The translations under genes and the position numbers were made by a program. This document shows positions 9,878 through 19,786 of a stretch of 64,000 nt of DNA, in pieces. The DNA is from Candidatus Helarchaeota archaeon (GTDB lineage: Archaea > Asgardarchaeota > Lokiarchaeia > Helarchaeales > RDOG01): assembly GCA_019058315.1 (NCBI GenBank), contig JAHPZH010000002.1:1293910-1357909 (forward strand), written 5' to 3'. The notes under the pieces were generated by a model. That model saw only the letters and a program-made list of their open reading frames with translations, searched no databases and was not told the DNA's origin. The number at the start of each line of letters is the position of its first letter. Position 1 is the first letter of the stretch.

Positions 9878-9881
9878 CTCA

Positions 9882-12275
9882 TTATGCTTTCTTTTTTCTA
9901 ATTAATCGTTTTAAAGTGGTTGTATTTGTGCATATATAAGTTGGTTTCCAGTTGTGTTCTTTTAAATGCGCCATAACTTCATCTTTTATCGTCAATGGAA
10001 TATCAGCTTCTTCTCGAATATATAGATACACATCATCAGGAAAAGCTCCAAAGTATTTTTTATGAAGATCTATGTAATGTGTCAATTTAACTTGCCTACC
10101 TTTGAAATTATCACTTGAACGGATGCATAATTTAGCAGCCATTACTATACATTCTTCAACTGATTCTGCAGAATAGAGTAAATGTTCTGGACACGGACCA
10201 CCATTAATTTTCTCTCCTGTATTAGCATCATAAACTTCCCATTTTTCTGGTTTATCCGTTCTACCTAAGAGTTGACGTCGATATTTAATACCATGTGAAC
10301 CTAATATAACAGGAATTCCATAAGCATTGCAACCAGTACCAATAGAAGCTGCTTTTTGACTATAAGCACCCCATGCAATACCACAAGCACCAATTCTATT
10401 TAAACAATAATCTGCAATTTCTTCGAAATTTCCTCGGATTGGTCTTCGAGCAAATATATTTGCTACTTTTACACAAGTTCCACTGATATGAGCATTCGAA
10501 ACACAAGATCCGGTATTTACCAAACCTCCTGCATCAAACTCTCCAGGATATTTCTCATAGAGTGTAACTTTATTTCCTTCATCATCTTCTGTCAAATATC
10601 TACCAATATCCATAGCCCCGCAACCACTTACAACAACAATATAACGTCGTTTCAAAAATTCTTCAGCAATCATTGCAACATCTTTAGTTCCCTTCGAATA
10701 ATTGGAACAACCTACTATTGCAATAACTCCTGGAATCTCGCCAAGAACAATCGGTGCACCTACGTTTCGTATTTCAGTGTCACGTATTGGTCCTCGACCT
10801 ACACGACATAAATATTTCTCATTTCTTATTTTTTCATTTGCTACATGTATCATTAATGAATGGATTGGAATTTCTTGAGGGCATGCTTCTTCACAACGAG
10901 TACAACCTACACACCAATCGTAAACATCATTAAGTAGACTGGGATCACCCGCTTTTAATGCTTGCATGGCATCAAAAACCTCCAGATTATTACCACATGC
11001 TGATTGACAAGTCCCACAACCTGTGCAACTTTGAGCAATCTGTACAGCTTCTTCAAGTGTTACAGGAATAATAGATTTTTTCTTTCCCGTTTTTGGATCT
11101 TTTCGTTTTTCAAACATTTTTTGTGCTACTTTAACAGAAACTCTACCTGCTTTTACAGGATCCAAGATAAGTGCTGCATCTTGTTTATCAGATACTAGTA
11201 ATTCAACTATTTCATCTTCATCCATTTCAGTTTGATCAGGTAGACCATGAGTAGCTTTATCATTTGTGGCTATAACTTTTGTATTCACTTTTTTTGCTTC
11301 AAGAATTATATCTGCTCTAATGCATTGTTCATCAATTTGAATTACATCAGCAAGTCCCGAACGGACAATTCTAATCTGCCAAGAAATTGGACCAACAATT
11401 TTAGCACGTGCATCATAACGAACAATATCATGTGTTGTACAACAAATGCCTCCAACTTCTATATTATCAGCAAGATTTTCTTCATGAAGGTAGTTCATAA
11501 CCTCAATACCTGGTGATACATTATGTCCAATAAGTAAAATTACTGGTTTATTTTCATCAATAGTTCCCAAGCCAGATTCTACGAGAGGTGTGTCAATTTC
11601 ACCTTTCGGAAAATTCCAAGCACAAACTTGGGAAATATCACCCACTTCCATCCCAACGTGGTCAACAATTCCAATATGGAATGCTTTAGCCTCAAAATCT
11701 ATTTCAGAACCTTCTTGACCTGTATGAGCTGCTGCAACTCCATGGAGAACTTGATTCTCACACCATTCCAATGCAATTTCTAAGTCTTTCAGCGTTTTAG
11801 GGCGATAACCACAGATCATTCGAGTATTAGGTGCTTCAACTGCAATATCTTGACCAAGATCTAAGGGTAAATTCGGACCATAATCTTCAATCAAATGATG
11901 AACTAAATGCCTTGAATGTGCTGCGTGGCAGCTAGCTCCAATAAGACAAGCTAATAGTACAATCCTGCTTTGTTGCGCAGATAGACTCAAACCACATGCA
12001 CCTCTCTTTCCCTCACTCATATCACATTTACCAAATGTACATAAACAGCACATATCACAAAGTGGAGCATACAAAGGAGGATATCGCCAATTTAAATAAT
12101 TATACCAATTACGGAGTTGTGTCTGGTTTGGCATGGGTGTAGGACCCATCGGTTCTTCTTCCCATTCTTCAGAAGGTAATCGTCCAATTTGAACCTCTAG
12201 ACCTTTTGCAGAAACTCTTTCAGATTTCAATTCATCAATTTTCATTCTTAATGAATCTTTTGCCATTTTATTCAC
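9882..12275 (-). CDS. cdhA: ACDS complex alpha subunit (Ni-CO dehydrogenase)
   Basis: CDMCCLCTFGKC, IGHN, GICCT, two ferredoxin-type CxxCxxCxxxC motifs, GSCVSN, WGAYSQKA. Confidence 0.97.
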   Translation of the reverse strand: MNKMAKDSLRMKIDELKSERVSAKGLEVQIGRLPSEEWEEEPMGPTPMPNQTQLRNWYNYLNWRYPPLYAPLCDMCCLCTFGKCDMSEGKRGACGLSLSAQQSRIVLLACLIGASCHAAHSRHLVHHLIEDYGPNLPLDLGQDIAVEAPNTRMICGYRPKTLKDLEIALEWCENQVLHGVAAAHTGQEGSEIDFEAKAFHIGIVDHVGMEVGDISQVCAWNFPKGEIDTPLVESGLGTIDENKPVILLIGHNVSPGIEVMNYLHEENLADNIEVGGICCTTHDIVRYDARAKIVGPISWQIRIVRSGLADVIQIDEQCIRADIILEAKKVNTKVIATNDKATHGLPDQTEMDEDEIVELLVSDKQDAALILDPVKAGRVSVKVAQKMFEKRKDPKTGKKKSIIPVTLEEAVQIAQSCTGCGTCQSACGNNLEVFDAMQALKAGDPSLLNDVYDWCVGCTRCEEACPQEIPIHSLMIHVANEKIRNEKYLCRVGRGPIRDTEIRNVGAPIVLGEIPGVIAIVGCSNYSKGTKDVAMIAEEFLKRRYIVVVSGCGAMDIGRYLTEDDEGNKVTLYEKYPGEFDAGGLVNTGSCVSNAHISGTCVKVANIFARRPIRGNFEEIADYCLNRIGACGIAWGAYSQKAASIGTGCNAYGIPVILGSHGIKYRRQLLGRTDKPEKWEVYDANTGEKINGGPCPEHLLYSAESVEECIVMAAKLCIRSSDNFKGRQVKLTHYIDLHKKYFGAFPDDVYLYIREEADIPLTIKDEVMAHLKEHNWKPTYICTNTTTLKRLIRKKKA

Positions 12276-12469
12276 TTTCTTTTAATTTTATAATTGCTTA
12301 AATTTCAACTCCTTCTATTTTCAAATTGAAACTTTATTTTTTTTTATATGATATTTAAGAAACGATAAGACAGAGTCTTAAAAAATTTAATTCATCAATA
12401 TTAAAAGTCAAAAAGGAAAAATTTAGAACATAAAATGAATCATACTTTGAAAAAATTTTTAAAATTTTA

Positions 12470-14359
12470 TTATTTTTGCTTTTCTAGATTTAATATTTGA
12501 AATGGAAATTTAAAAATAAGAGCCATTATAAAATTTCTTCCTTCTATTATTCGTTCATTCTTCGTTTTAGAAAGCCATTTAAATCTAAAATAGATCGAAA
12601 CTATGGAAATAGTAAGAATTGTAATGGTTACTATCCACAAACCAGTATAAACTTCTTCAGTTGTAGTAATTGGAGCAACCCAAACAAATATAATCTGACT
12701 TTCACTTTCTCCTCTACTATTATATAACGTTAATTCTATAATGGATAGTCCTGATGCATCTTTAATAGGAAAAATCATTAATTCATCAGTATTTTTTGAT
12801 AAAATTGGTATGCATGTATGAAAGATTCCAGAAAAACTCCAAGTTAGTTGACTATTATTATCAATTTTATCATATTCATATTTAGAAAGGTCAATTTTTT
12901 CTGGAATTCCATTTTCTATTAAATTAACGTGTGGAATTCGACCATTAACTATTTTTGGTTTAATATTATTACCAATATGTATTTTAATACTATCTTCTAC
13001 ATGATGATTTACTCGAACTCTTAAATAATAAGAACCGTTAGCAATATTTGTTGTATTTAGAGTCCCATTCCAAACATATGGAATTTTGGAAGTTTGGTTC
13101 ATGGGTTGCCAGTCACTTTTCCAATCCTCAATATAATTTGGGAAGATATTATCCCATTTTATATTATATATTTGAAATTCTGCAAGGTAGTCTGCAAGAG
13201 CTATTTTCGTAAAATCCCATGCATTTGTCCATGTTATATTATATAACTGAAATTCTACAGAACCTATGGTTGATTCATTAAATATTAAAGCTCGAACTGG
13301 AACTGAAGACTGTTCTAGATCGTATGTTCTGGTAGTTAATGATTCGTCAAGAGGAGAAGTTATAATAACAGCAGGCCAATCTCCAAGAGTTTTAGAGGAT
13401 ATAGATACACCATCGTTATCGACAGCAATAATCCTATATTTACCAGGGTATGATGTTCCTAGAGAATCAGTGCAAAGGTATAATGTGTCATTATATGTAT
13501 AATGCTCATCTCTATGTTTATGCCCATAAATATGAGCTGTGACGTTATATTCATAAATAAGGTCATTAAAGGTTTTTCCACTGGTAGCATGGTTATTACC
13601 TACTCCATAAAATGGATGATGCGAGAAAACAAATGTTAAATTTGAATTTTGTGTCTGATTAAGTGTTTTTTCAAACCAATCCAACTCAGATTTATTCAGA
13701 TCACCATTTGTACCTTCTGGCCAAATATATCCTTCATCTGCTGAATTCAAAGCAATAAAGGAATAATTTCCATAGGTTTTATTTACAGTCCAATTAAACT
13801 GTGTTTTTCCATGAGCTCGTCCCTGTACTGAATAATCTTTGTAAAAGGAAAAAGTTGGATCTCCATAGATATCATGATTCCCGAGTAAATCGTAATAAAA
13901 AGATTCATTCATACCCCATTTATCTAGAATTTGTTTATACATCTCCCATTGAGTAAAATCTTGATAAAAAGGAATTAAGGTCATCCCATCTACTAAATCT
14001 CCTGTATTTACGATAAATTCTGGACGGATATATTTAAATTCATTGAAAAATCCCTCGAAAAATATGTAAGAATAACCCCATAATTCAGGAGGATCTGATA
14101 TTGAACCAGAACCCAAGTGTGTATCAGTTATTTGGACAAACCAAAAAATTTGGCTATTATTATCTGTTTGACTTGGATAATCTCCATGGGCGTAAGATCC
14201 AATAAATTCTGTAGTTTTTGTAAATTGAGTAAAAAGTAATCGTGGAAGATAATACTCCAAGGGATCATCATTTTTATAAGGATTGAAAATTAAGGAAAAA
14301 GGAATAATAGATAAAATTGCTAGAAGGGAAAGGATTTTCAAAGCAGTTTTTCGCTTCAC
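12470..14359 (-). CDS. Membrane-anchored calcineurin-like metallophosphoesterase, TMEM62-like
   Basis: DTH, GDLVD, GNHD, HHP, GHKH metal motifs; N-terminal signal anchor and C-terminal TM. Confidence 0.85.
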   Translation of the reverse strand: MKRKTALKILSLLAILSIIPFSLIFNPYKNDDPLEYYLPRLLFTQFTKTTEFIGSYAHGDYPSQTDNNSQIFWFVQITDTHLGSGSISDPPELWGYSYIFFEGFFNEFKYIRPEFIVNTGDLVDGMTLIPFYQDFTQWEMYKQILDKWGMNESFYYDLLGNHDIYGDPTFSFYKDYSVQGRAHGKTQFNWTVNKTYGNYSFIALNSADEGYIWPEGTNGDLNKSELDWFEKTLNQTQNSNLTFVFSHHPFYGVGNNHATSGKTFNDLIYEYNVTAHIYGHKHRDEHYTYNDTLYLCTDSLGTSYPGKYRIIAVDNDGVSISSKTLGDWPAVIITSPLDESLTTRTYDLEQSSVPVRALIFNESTIGSVEFQLYNITWTNAWDFTKIALADYLAEFQIYNIKWDNIFPNYIEDWKSDWQPMNQTSKIPYVWNGTLNTTNIANGSYYLRVRVNHHVEDSIKIHIGNNIKPKIVNGRIPHVNLIENGIPEKIDLSKYEYDKIDNNSQLTWSFSGIFHTCIPILSKNTDELMIFPIKDASGLSIIELTLYNSRGESESQIIFVWVAPITTTEEVYTGLWIVTITILTISIVSIYFRFKWLSKTKNERIIEGRNFIMALIFKFPFQILNLEKQK

Positions 14360-15006
14360 TTTATCCTCAACCTCCTTAATATTGAAGAAATTTTTAACCT
14401 TCTCAAGATAGATTTAATTAAATTTGGTTCCGGAACATTATTAAGAATTACCAATTCTTTTATGCCTAATTTTAAGATTCTAGCACTAACTAAACGAAGA
14501 ACTTCCACCATAACCCAAAAATACAACGTATTATAAAATATAGATTTGTCAAAATCGCCCAAAACTTCGATAGAGGGTGCCAATTTTATACTGATTGCTG
14601 GAAATAAGTAAACGGGTGGAATAAATTGTAAAAGTAGTAACAATGCATAGATCATTACGAATGCAGATAATATTCCACCTATAATATTCCAATCAAAATA
14701 AGTTTCTAGGTTTTTTCTCATTTTAGAAATTTTCCAACCACTAATCAGAAATGTGAAGCTAATTCGTAACATTAAATAACACATTAGACCCCAGATAAAA
14801 TAGCTACCAATATAACGTGGGTAATCATAAACAAAAGTCAATTCAAGAATATTAAAAGAATAATAAAAAATTGGTAAACTTGGTCTAGTTGTTTTATAGA
14901 GAGTGGGAGCTAAAAAAGTACAAGTAAGAAGTAAAAAGGCTATACCTAATATCTTATAAATTTCAGCTATAATCTCATTTCTTGTTAATATACCCATATT
15001 ATTCAC
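14356..15006 (-). CDS. Hypothetical 4-TM membrane protein
   Basis: Hydrophobic segments; 4-bp GTGA overlap with the phosphoesterase gene. Confidence 0.7.
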   Translation of the reverse strand: MNNMGILTRNEIIAEIYKILGIAFLLLTCTFLAPTLYKTTRPSLPIFYYSFNILELTFVYDYPRYIGSYFIWGLMCYLMLRISFTFLISGWKISKMRKNLETYFDWNIIGGILSAFVMIYALLLLLQFIPPVYLFPAISIKLAPSIEVLGDFDKSIFYNTLYFWVMVEVLRLVSARILKLGIKELVILNNVPEPNLIKSILRRLKISSILRRLRIK

Positions 15007-15009
15007 AAA

Positions 15010-15294
15010 TTAAGCCGTTTTACCTTCCTTAGGCTCTTCAGTCTCCAATAAATTATCGGTATGAAGGATTACTTTCTCACCAATAAATACCATAAGCCGT
15101 AAAAATAAGTACCAAAATGCCAGATTGTAAATAGGGCTAAAATCGATTATAGCACCAGCGGGTGGGAGGCTAGGAGGGAATGGAAAACTTAATACATTGA
15201 ATCCTAATAAGAAAAGTAATACGAGTACGAAAACAAACATTATAATTCCAAAGCCGAACCATTTGAAAATTTTCCTCTTTTGGTTAAGGTTCAA
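15010..15294 (-). CDS. Hypothetical 2-TM membrane protein
   Basis: Two TM segments with a Pro-rich loop; GGAGG upstream; 3 bp from the next gene. Confidence 0.7.
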   Translation of the reverse strand: MNLNQKRKIFKWFGFGIIMFVFVLVLLFLLGFNVLSFPFPPSLPPAGAIIDFSPIYNLAFWYLFLRLMVFIGEKVILHTDNLLETEEPKEGKTA

Positions 15295-15404
15295 AAAATT
15301 CTACCTCCATTGTCAAAAAAAGTTTTTTATTAAATTTGGAGTAATAGGATAATAGAATTAACTATTTTCTTTTTAAGATATTTATCTTACGAAAGTGATT
15401 AGAT

Positions 15405-16283
15405 TTGGAAATAAATGACCCACTAGTTACAAAATTAAGGTTAGATGTTTTAGTGGAGAATTCTTCTTATAAAGCAAAATTTTTGGCAGAACATGGATTA
15501 TCAATATTAGTTCAAGCAGAAACAGAAGATAATAAAAAGTTTTTACTACTTTTTGATTCAGGAACTACTGGAATTCCACTTATAAATAATTTGAAGTTAT
15601 TAAAAATAGAAAATTTAATTCCCAAGCTAGATGGAATTATTTTGAGTCATGGTCATTATGATCATACTGGAGGATTAATGGAAGTCTTTAAATTATTAAA
15701 TAAAAAAATTCCATTATATCTTCATCCTGATGCTTTAAACCATAAATACTCTAAAAATGATGGAAAACTAAGAAATATCGGGATGCCTGCCCCTATTCTA
15801 GAAAAATTAAAAGATTATGTAGATCTACAAATTAGTAAGGAATTATGTTTAATTCATCCCTCTATAATAACTACTGGTCAAATAGATAGAACAACATTTG
15901 AGAAAGTTCCTGAACGATTTCAACAAAAAGTTGGAGAAAAATTAGTACATGATGATATTTTAGATGACCAAGCATTAATTCTAAAATTAAAAACTGGTAT
16001 TGTAATAATTTGTGGGTGTGGTCATTCTGGTATCATAAATATAATCAAACATGCCATTAAAATAACAAGTTCTAGTAAAATTAATTTAATTATTGGTGGA
16101 TTCCATTTGATTGATGCAAAATTTGATAAACTTAACCAAACAATAAATGAAATAAAAAAATTTGATATTGATTTGGTGGCTCCCAACCATTGTACTGGTC
16201 TTTATCCGACTACTTTATTAGTTAACGAATATTTGGGATCCTTCCGAGAAATGCATGTGGGAGATAATATAGTTTTTGAATAA
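15405..16283 (+). CDS. MBL-fold metallo-hydrolase (MJ0301-like, archaeal methanopterin-biosynthesis-associated family)
   Basis: AEHGLS, LFDSG, SHGHYDHTGG, DDQAL, CGHSG, GGFHL, HCTG motifs. Confidence 0.85.
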   Translation: MEINDPLVTKLRLDVLVENSSYKAKFLAEHGLSILVQAETEDNKKFLLLFDSGTTGIPLINNLKLLKIENLIPKLDGIILSHGHYDHTGGLMEVFKLLNKKIPLYLHPDALNHKYSKNDGKLRNIGMPAPILEKLKDYVDLQISKELCLIHPSIITTGQIDRTTFEKVPERFQQKVGEKLVHDDILDDQALILKLKTGIVIICGCGHSGIINIIKHAIKITSSSKINLIIGGFHLIDAKFDKLNQTINEIKKFDIDLVAPNHCTGLYPTTLLVNEYLGSFREMHVGDNIVFE

Positions 16284-16437
16284 AAATATTAGTTTAAATT
16301 ATACCAAATTTTCTAGATAATCTTCAAATAAATAAATAGTTATTCGTTATTTCCAGTATTATCTTGTAAGTTTACCTGATAATAAAGAACTATTATCTTA
16401 TCAAAAAAAAAGGTTTTAAATTAAGAAATCTATGATT

Positions 16438-18402
16438 TTATTTCTTAATTGATTTTTTAGTAATCGGTGTTTCACTGATTTTTTTATCCAACTCTTTAAA
16501 TGTTTTATTATTATTAATTCCAATTACTAACAATATTAGAAACAATGCCCCAAAACCAGCAATAATTCCTAGACCCAATGGCGAGAGCAAGAAGCTAGCT
16601 ACATCTCCTCCACCTTGACCTCCTGATATAAATATTGGCGATTCCTCGGAGGGCGATTCAGGTGTCTCTGTTGTGTTTATGATTGTTACAATAACTGAAT
16701 CTGAAATACCATATTGATTCTGACTATCATAATATTCAATTGTATAATTATAGGTTCCAAATACACCACGATAAATTGGTACAATTAATATGTTACTTTT
16801 ATTCCAACCAGTCCAATCTACCCATATGCCACCATCTAACCAGACACGGTATTTTCCTCCATCCCAATCATCATAAAGTGCCCAAGCAATTGTTTCTGAA
16901 CCGTCCATAGTTGTACTAATATCATCAGGATGGTTTGAGGTTGGTATTGCATCTGTAATTATTTTCTGTGCATAAATATCATAATTGTTGCCACTTCTAT
17001 AATCTGACCATGTGATAATCGCGCCGCCCGCACCATCACTACAAATTTGGGGACTATCTTGATTTTCGCTTACCGTGCAAATTGCTTTTCCATCCGCTGT
17101 CCACTGAAGACTTCCTGATGAATTGATTTTTTGGGTATATATATCAATATTAGTTGGAGCTCTATAATCTTTCCATGTGATAATCGCACCACCCGCACCA
17201 TCGCTGCAAATCTGAGGACTTCCTTGAATATTGTATGCCGTGCAAATTGCAGTTCCGTTAGTTGTCCATTGAATACTTCCATTAGTAAGTATTTTTTGGG
17301 CATATATATCACAATCAGCTGCAGGTCTATAATCATTCCATGTGATAATCGCACCACCTGCACCATCACTACAAATCTGGGGTGTTTGTTGCCAATCGAT
17401 TTCCGTACAAATTGCAGTTCCATTAGGCACCCATTGAATGTTTCCTATGGAGCTTATACGTTGGGCATATATATCGAAAGTCGGTCCAGTTTCCATATCC
17501 TGCCATGTGATGATAGCACCGCCCGCACCATCGCTACAAATCTGGGGATTATTTTGTTCGAGACTTGCCGTGCTAATTATCTCTCCATTAGTCGTCCATT
17601 GAATACTTCCATTAGTAAGTATTTTTTGGGCGAAGATGTCCATATCTCCAAATCTGGTATCCACCCACGTGATAATCGCACCGCCTGCACCATCGCTGCA
17701 AATCTGGGGATTTGATGCAGTTATCGAACAAATAAGCTTTCCATCAGCTGTCCATTGAACGCCTCCTGATGAAAGGATTTTTTGGGCGTATATACCACCT
17801 GCACTTCTGCTATCATCCCACGTAATAATCGCACCGCCTGCACCATCGCTGCAAATCTGGGGATCTGTTTGGGTGTTACCTTGCGTGCAAATTGCCGTTC
17901 CATTCGCCGTCCATTGAATATTTCCTGATGAATCGATTTTTTGGGTATATATATCCTCATTACTTCCAGTTCTATAATCACGCCACGTAATAATCGCACC
18001 GCCTGCACCATCGCTACAAATCTGGGCTAACTGTTGATCATCGCTTTCTGTACAAATTGCCACTCCATCTGCCGTCCATTGAACATTTCCTGTTGAATTG
18101 ATTTTCTGAGCGTAAATATCCCAATCACCATTCCTATAATCACGCCATGTGATAATCGCACCGCCTGCACCATCACTGCAAATCTGAGCTACTTGTTGGT
18201 TGGCACTTGCATTGCTAATTATCGTTCCTTCAACATCCCACATTATATATTCGTCATTAATAGAAAGTGTTGAGGATTTGTGATCAGCCAAAGGTGGAAG
18301 ATAATTTATTGTAGATAGAGATCCGACGAGAAAAATAGTTGAAATTACGAATATTTGTAATACAACGAGAAATATCAATTTTTTTTGGTACATTTTGATC
18401 AT
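16438..18402 (-). CDS. Membrane-anchored surface protein with 8 beta-propeller-like repeats and an Ig-like domain
   Basis: Signal anchor; 8 x QICSDGAGGAIITW repeats; YTIEYYD..G.SDSVIVTI Ig-like strand; C-terminal TM and basic tail. Confidence 0.85.
   Translation of the reverse strand: MIKMYQKKLIFLVVLQIFVISTIFLVGSLSTINYLPPLADHKSSTLSINDEYIMWDVEGTIISNASANQQVAQICSDGAGGAIITWRDYRNGDWDIYAQKINSTGNVQWTADGVAICTESDDQQLAQICSDGAGGAIITWRDYRTGSNEDIYTQKIDSSGNIQWTANGTAICTQGNTQTDPQICSDGAGGAIITWDDSRSAGGIYAQKILSSGGVQWTADGKLICSITASNPQICSDGAGGAIITWVDTRFGDMDIFAQKILTNGSIQWTTNGEIISTASLEQNNPQICSDGAGGAIITWQDMETGPTFDIYAQRISSIGNIQWVPNGTAICTEIDWQQTPQICSDGAGGAIITWNDYRPAADCDIYAQKILTNGSIQWTTNGTAICTAYNIQGSPQICSDGAGGAIITWKDYRAPTNIDIYTQKINSSGSLQWTADGKAICTVSENQDSPQICSDGAGGAIITWSDYRSGNNYDIYAQKIITDAIPTSNHPDDISTTMDGSETIAWALYDDWDGGKYRVWLDGGIWVDWTGWNKSNILIVPIYRGVFGTYNYTIEYYDSQNQYGISDSVIVTIINTTETPESPSEESPIFISGGQGGGDVASFLLSPLGLGIIAGFGALFLILLVIGINNNKTFKELDKKISETPITKKSIKK
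16960..18190 (-). repeat. Eight ~55-aa intragenic repeats with invariant QICSDGAGGAIITW
   Basis: Directly visible in protein and DNA (ataatcgcaccgcctgcaccatcgct recurring). Confidence 0.95.
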
Positions 18403-18499
18403 TTCATTTAACTTAATTAATATTCAAAAAAATAATACTATCCCAATTATTAGTTTTTATATATGAAAGAATTTTAAAATCATTTATTTATCTTTAACT

Positions 18500-18660
18500 A
18501 TAAGGGAAATAACATAGTTATTTGAGATGAAATAAGGGATGTAATAGAGTTATTTGAGACGAAATAAGGGATATAATATAGTTATTTGAGACATAATAAT
18601 TTTAATAAAATTTTTACTATTTTCATAAAATAAGGGAAAGAATATAGTATTTGAGAAGAA
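18500..18660. repeat. Intergenic 32-bp tandem repeat x3 plus one detached degenerate copy
   Basis: Units at 18500, 18532, 18564 and 18630; consensus ATAAGGGAnnTAAnAnAGTTATTTGAGAnGAA. Confidence 0.9.
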
Positions 18661-18710
18661 ATAAAATATCTAACATTAAATCTAACATTAAATAGTTAAG
18701 GTAGGAAAAA

Positions 18711-19775
18711 GTGAGATCAAAAATTAAGGTTGCGTTCGATAGCAGCCACAAAGAAATTTTAAAAATAGGAAAAAAGGGAGAACATGAGTGGGAAACTTGG
18801 ACTATGGCTGAAAATTTAATTCGTAATAAAGGATTTGAGATTATAATATTAGAAAAATCCCCTTTAAATTTTTCAGAACTCTCACAATATGATATTTTAG
18901 TTATTGGAGCACCTCAAACTAAATTTTCAGAAGATGAAATTTTAAGCATTGTGGAATTTGTTAAAAAGGGTGGTTGCTTATTAGCTATCAATGAACAAGG
19001 GGGGGATCTCCGTAATAATACAAATTTGTCTGAAATAACAAAAAATTTCGGAATAGAATTTAATAATGATATGATACATGATAAAGTTCATAATATTAAG
19101 GGTTATGCATATGGTCCAGTTATATCCGATTTCGAGTACTGCTCTTCTCTAACCTTTAATATACGTGAATTCAATATTTTACTGGGATGTTCCCTAACCG
19201 TTTCAAATGAAGCATTAGTAGTTGCAAGGAGTAGCAAAGATTCCTTTATCAAAATCAGAACTCCCACTGGAAAATGGAAAAAGAAAGACGAGTCTTCATT
19301 ACCTGTTTTAGCTATATATCAATCATTAGGAGAAGAGGGTAGAGTTGTTACCATTGGAGATCCTCATGTATTCTCAGACGATGACGTTGGAATGCCATTA
19401 TACAATAATAAAGTATTACTAAATAATATCATAGATTGGCTTAGTGAGCCGCTACTGACTGCAGAAGAGAAATTTTCCATTCTATCAAATAAAATTAATA
19501 AAATTTCTGATGATTTAGTGAGGTTGAAGAAAAAATTAGGGATTATTGAAATAGGTGATCCTGTTTATAGATCAGGAACATATCTACCTGATGAAATAGT
19601 AGCACGCGTCGATAAAATAGAGAGTTTAATTAGAAGAACAGATAAAAAAATTGAAGAGGATGACATTAAATATCATAAATATAGAATTAGATTGCAAATT
19701 TGGACAATAATTTTAAGTTCATTATCTATAATAGTTGTTATATTAATTGCATTATTCGTAAGACCAGGTCTATAA
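18711..19775 (+). CDS. GIFT/IFT52-like (DUF4350-type) domain with coiled coil and C-terminal TM anchor
   Basis: FDSSHKE, APQTKFSEDE, GG.L, EQGGD..NTN, FGIEFNND, GRVVTIGDPHVFSD, NIIDWL; single C-terminal TM. Confidence 0.75.
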   Translation: MRSKIKVAFDSSHKEILKIGKKGEHEWETWTMAENLIRNKGFEIIILEKSPLNFSELSQYDILVIGAPQTKFSEDEILSIVEFVKKGGCLLAINEQGGDLRNNTNLSEITKNFGIEFNNDMIHDKVHNIKGYAYGPVISDFEYCSSLTFNIREFNILLGCSLTVSNEALVVARSSKDSFIKIRTPTGKWKKKDESSLPVLAIYQSLGEEGRVVTIGDPHVFSDDDVGMPLYNNKVLLNNIIDWLSEPLLTAEEKFSILSNKINKISDDLVRLKKKLGIIEIGDPVYRSGTYLPDEIVARVDKIESLIRRTDKKIEEDDIKYHKYRIRLQIWTIILSSLSIIVVILIALFVRPGL

Positions 19776-19786
19776 CTATAATTTAT

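Noticed and set aside
16960-18190. Diversity-generating retroelement target
   Set aside because: No reverse transcriptase in the window and no template/variable repeat pair with adenine-specific differences
18500-18660. Possible mini-CRISPR array or replication origin
   Set aside because: Repeats are contiguous without unique spacers and are imperfect; no cas or cdc6/orc1 gene nearby and no clear ORB G-string
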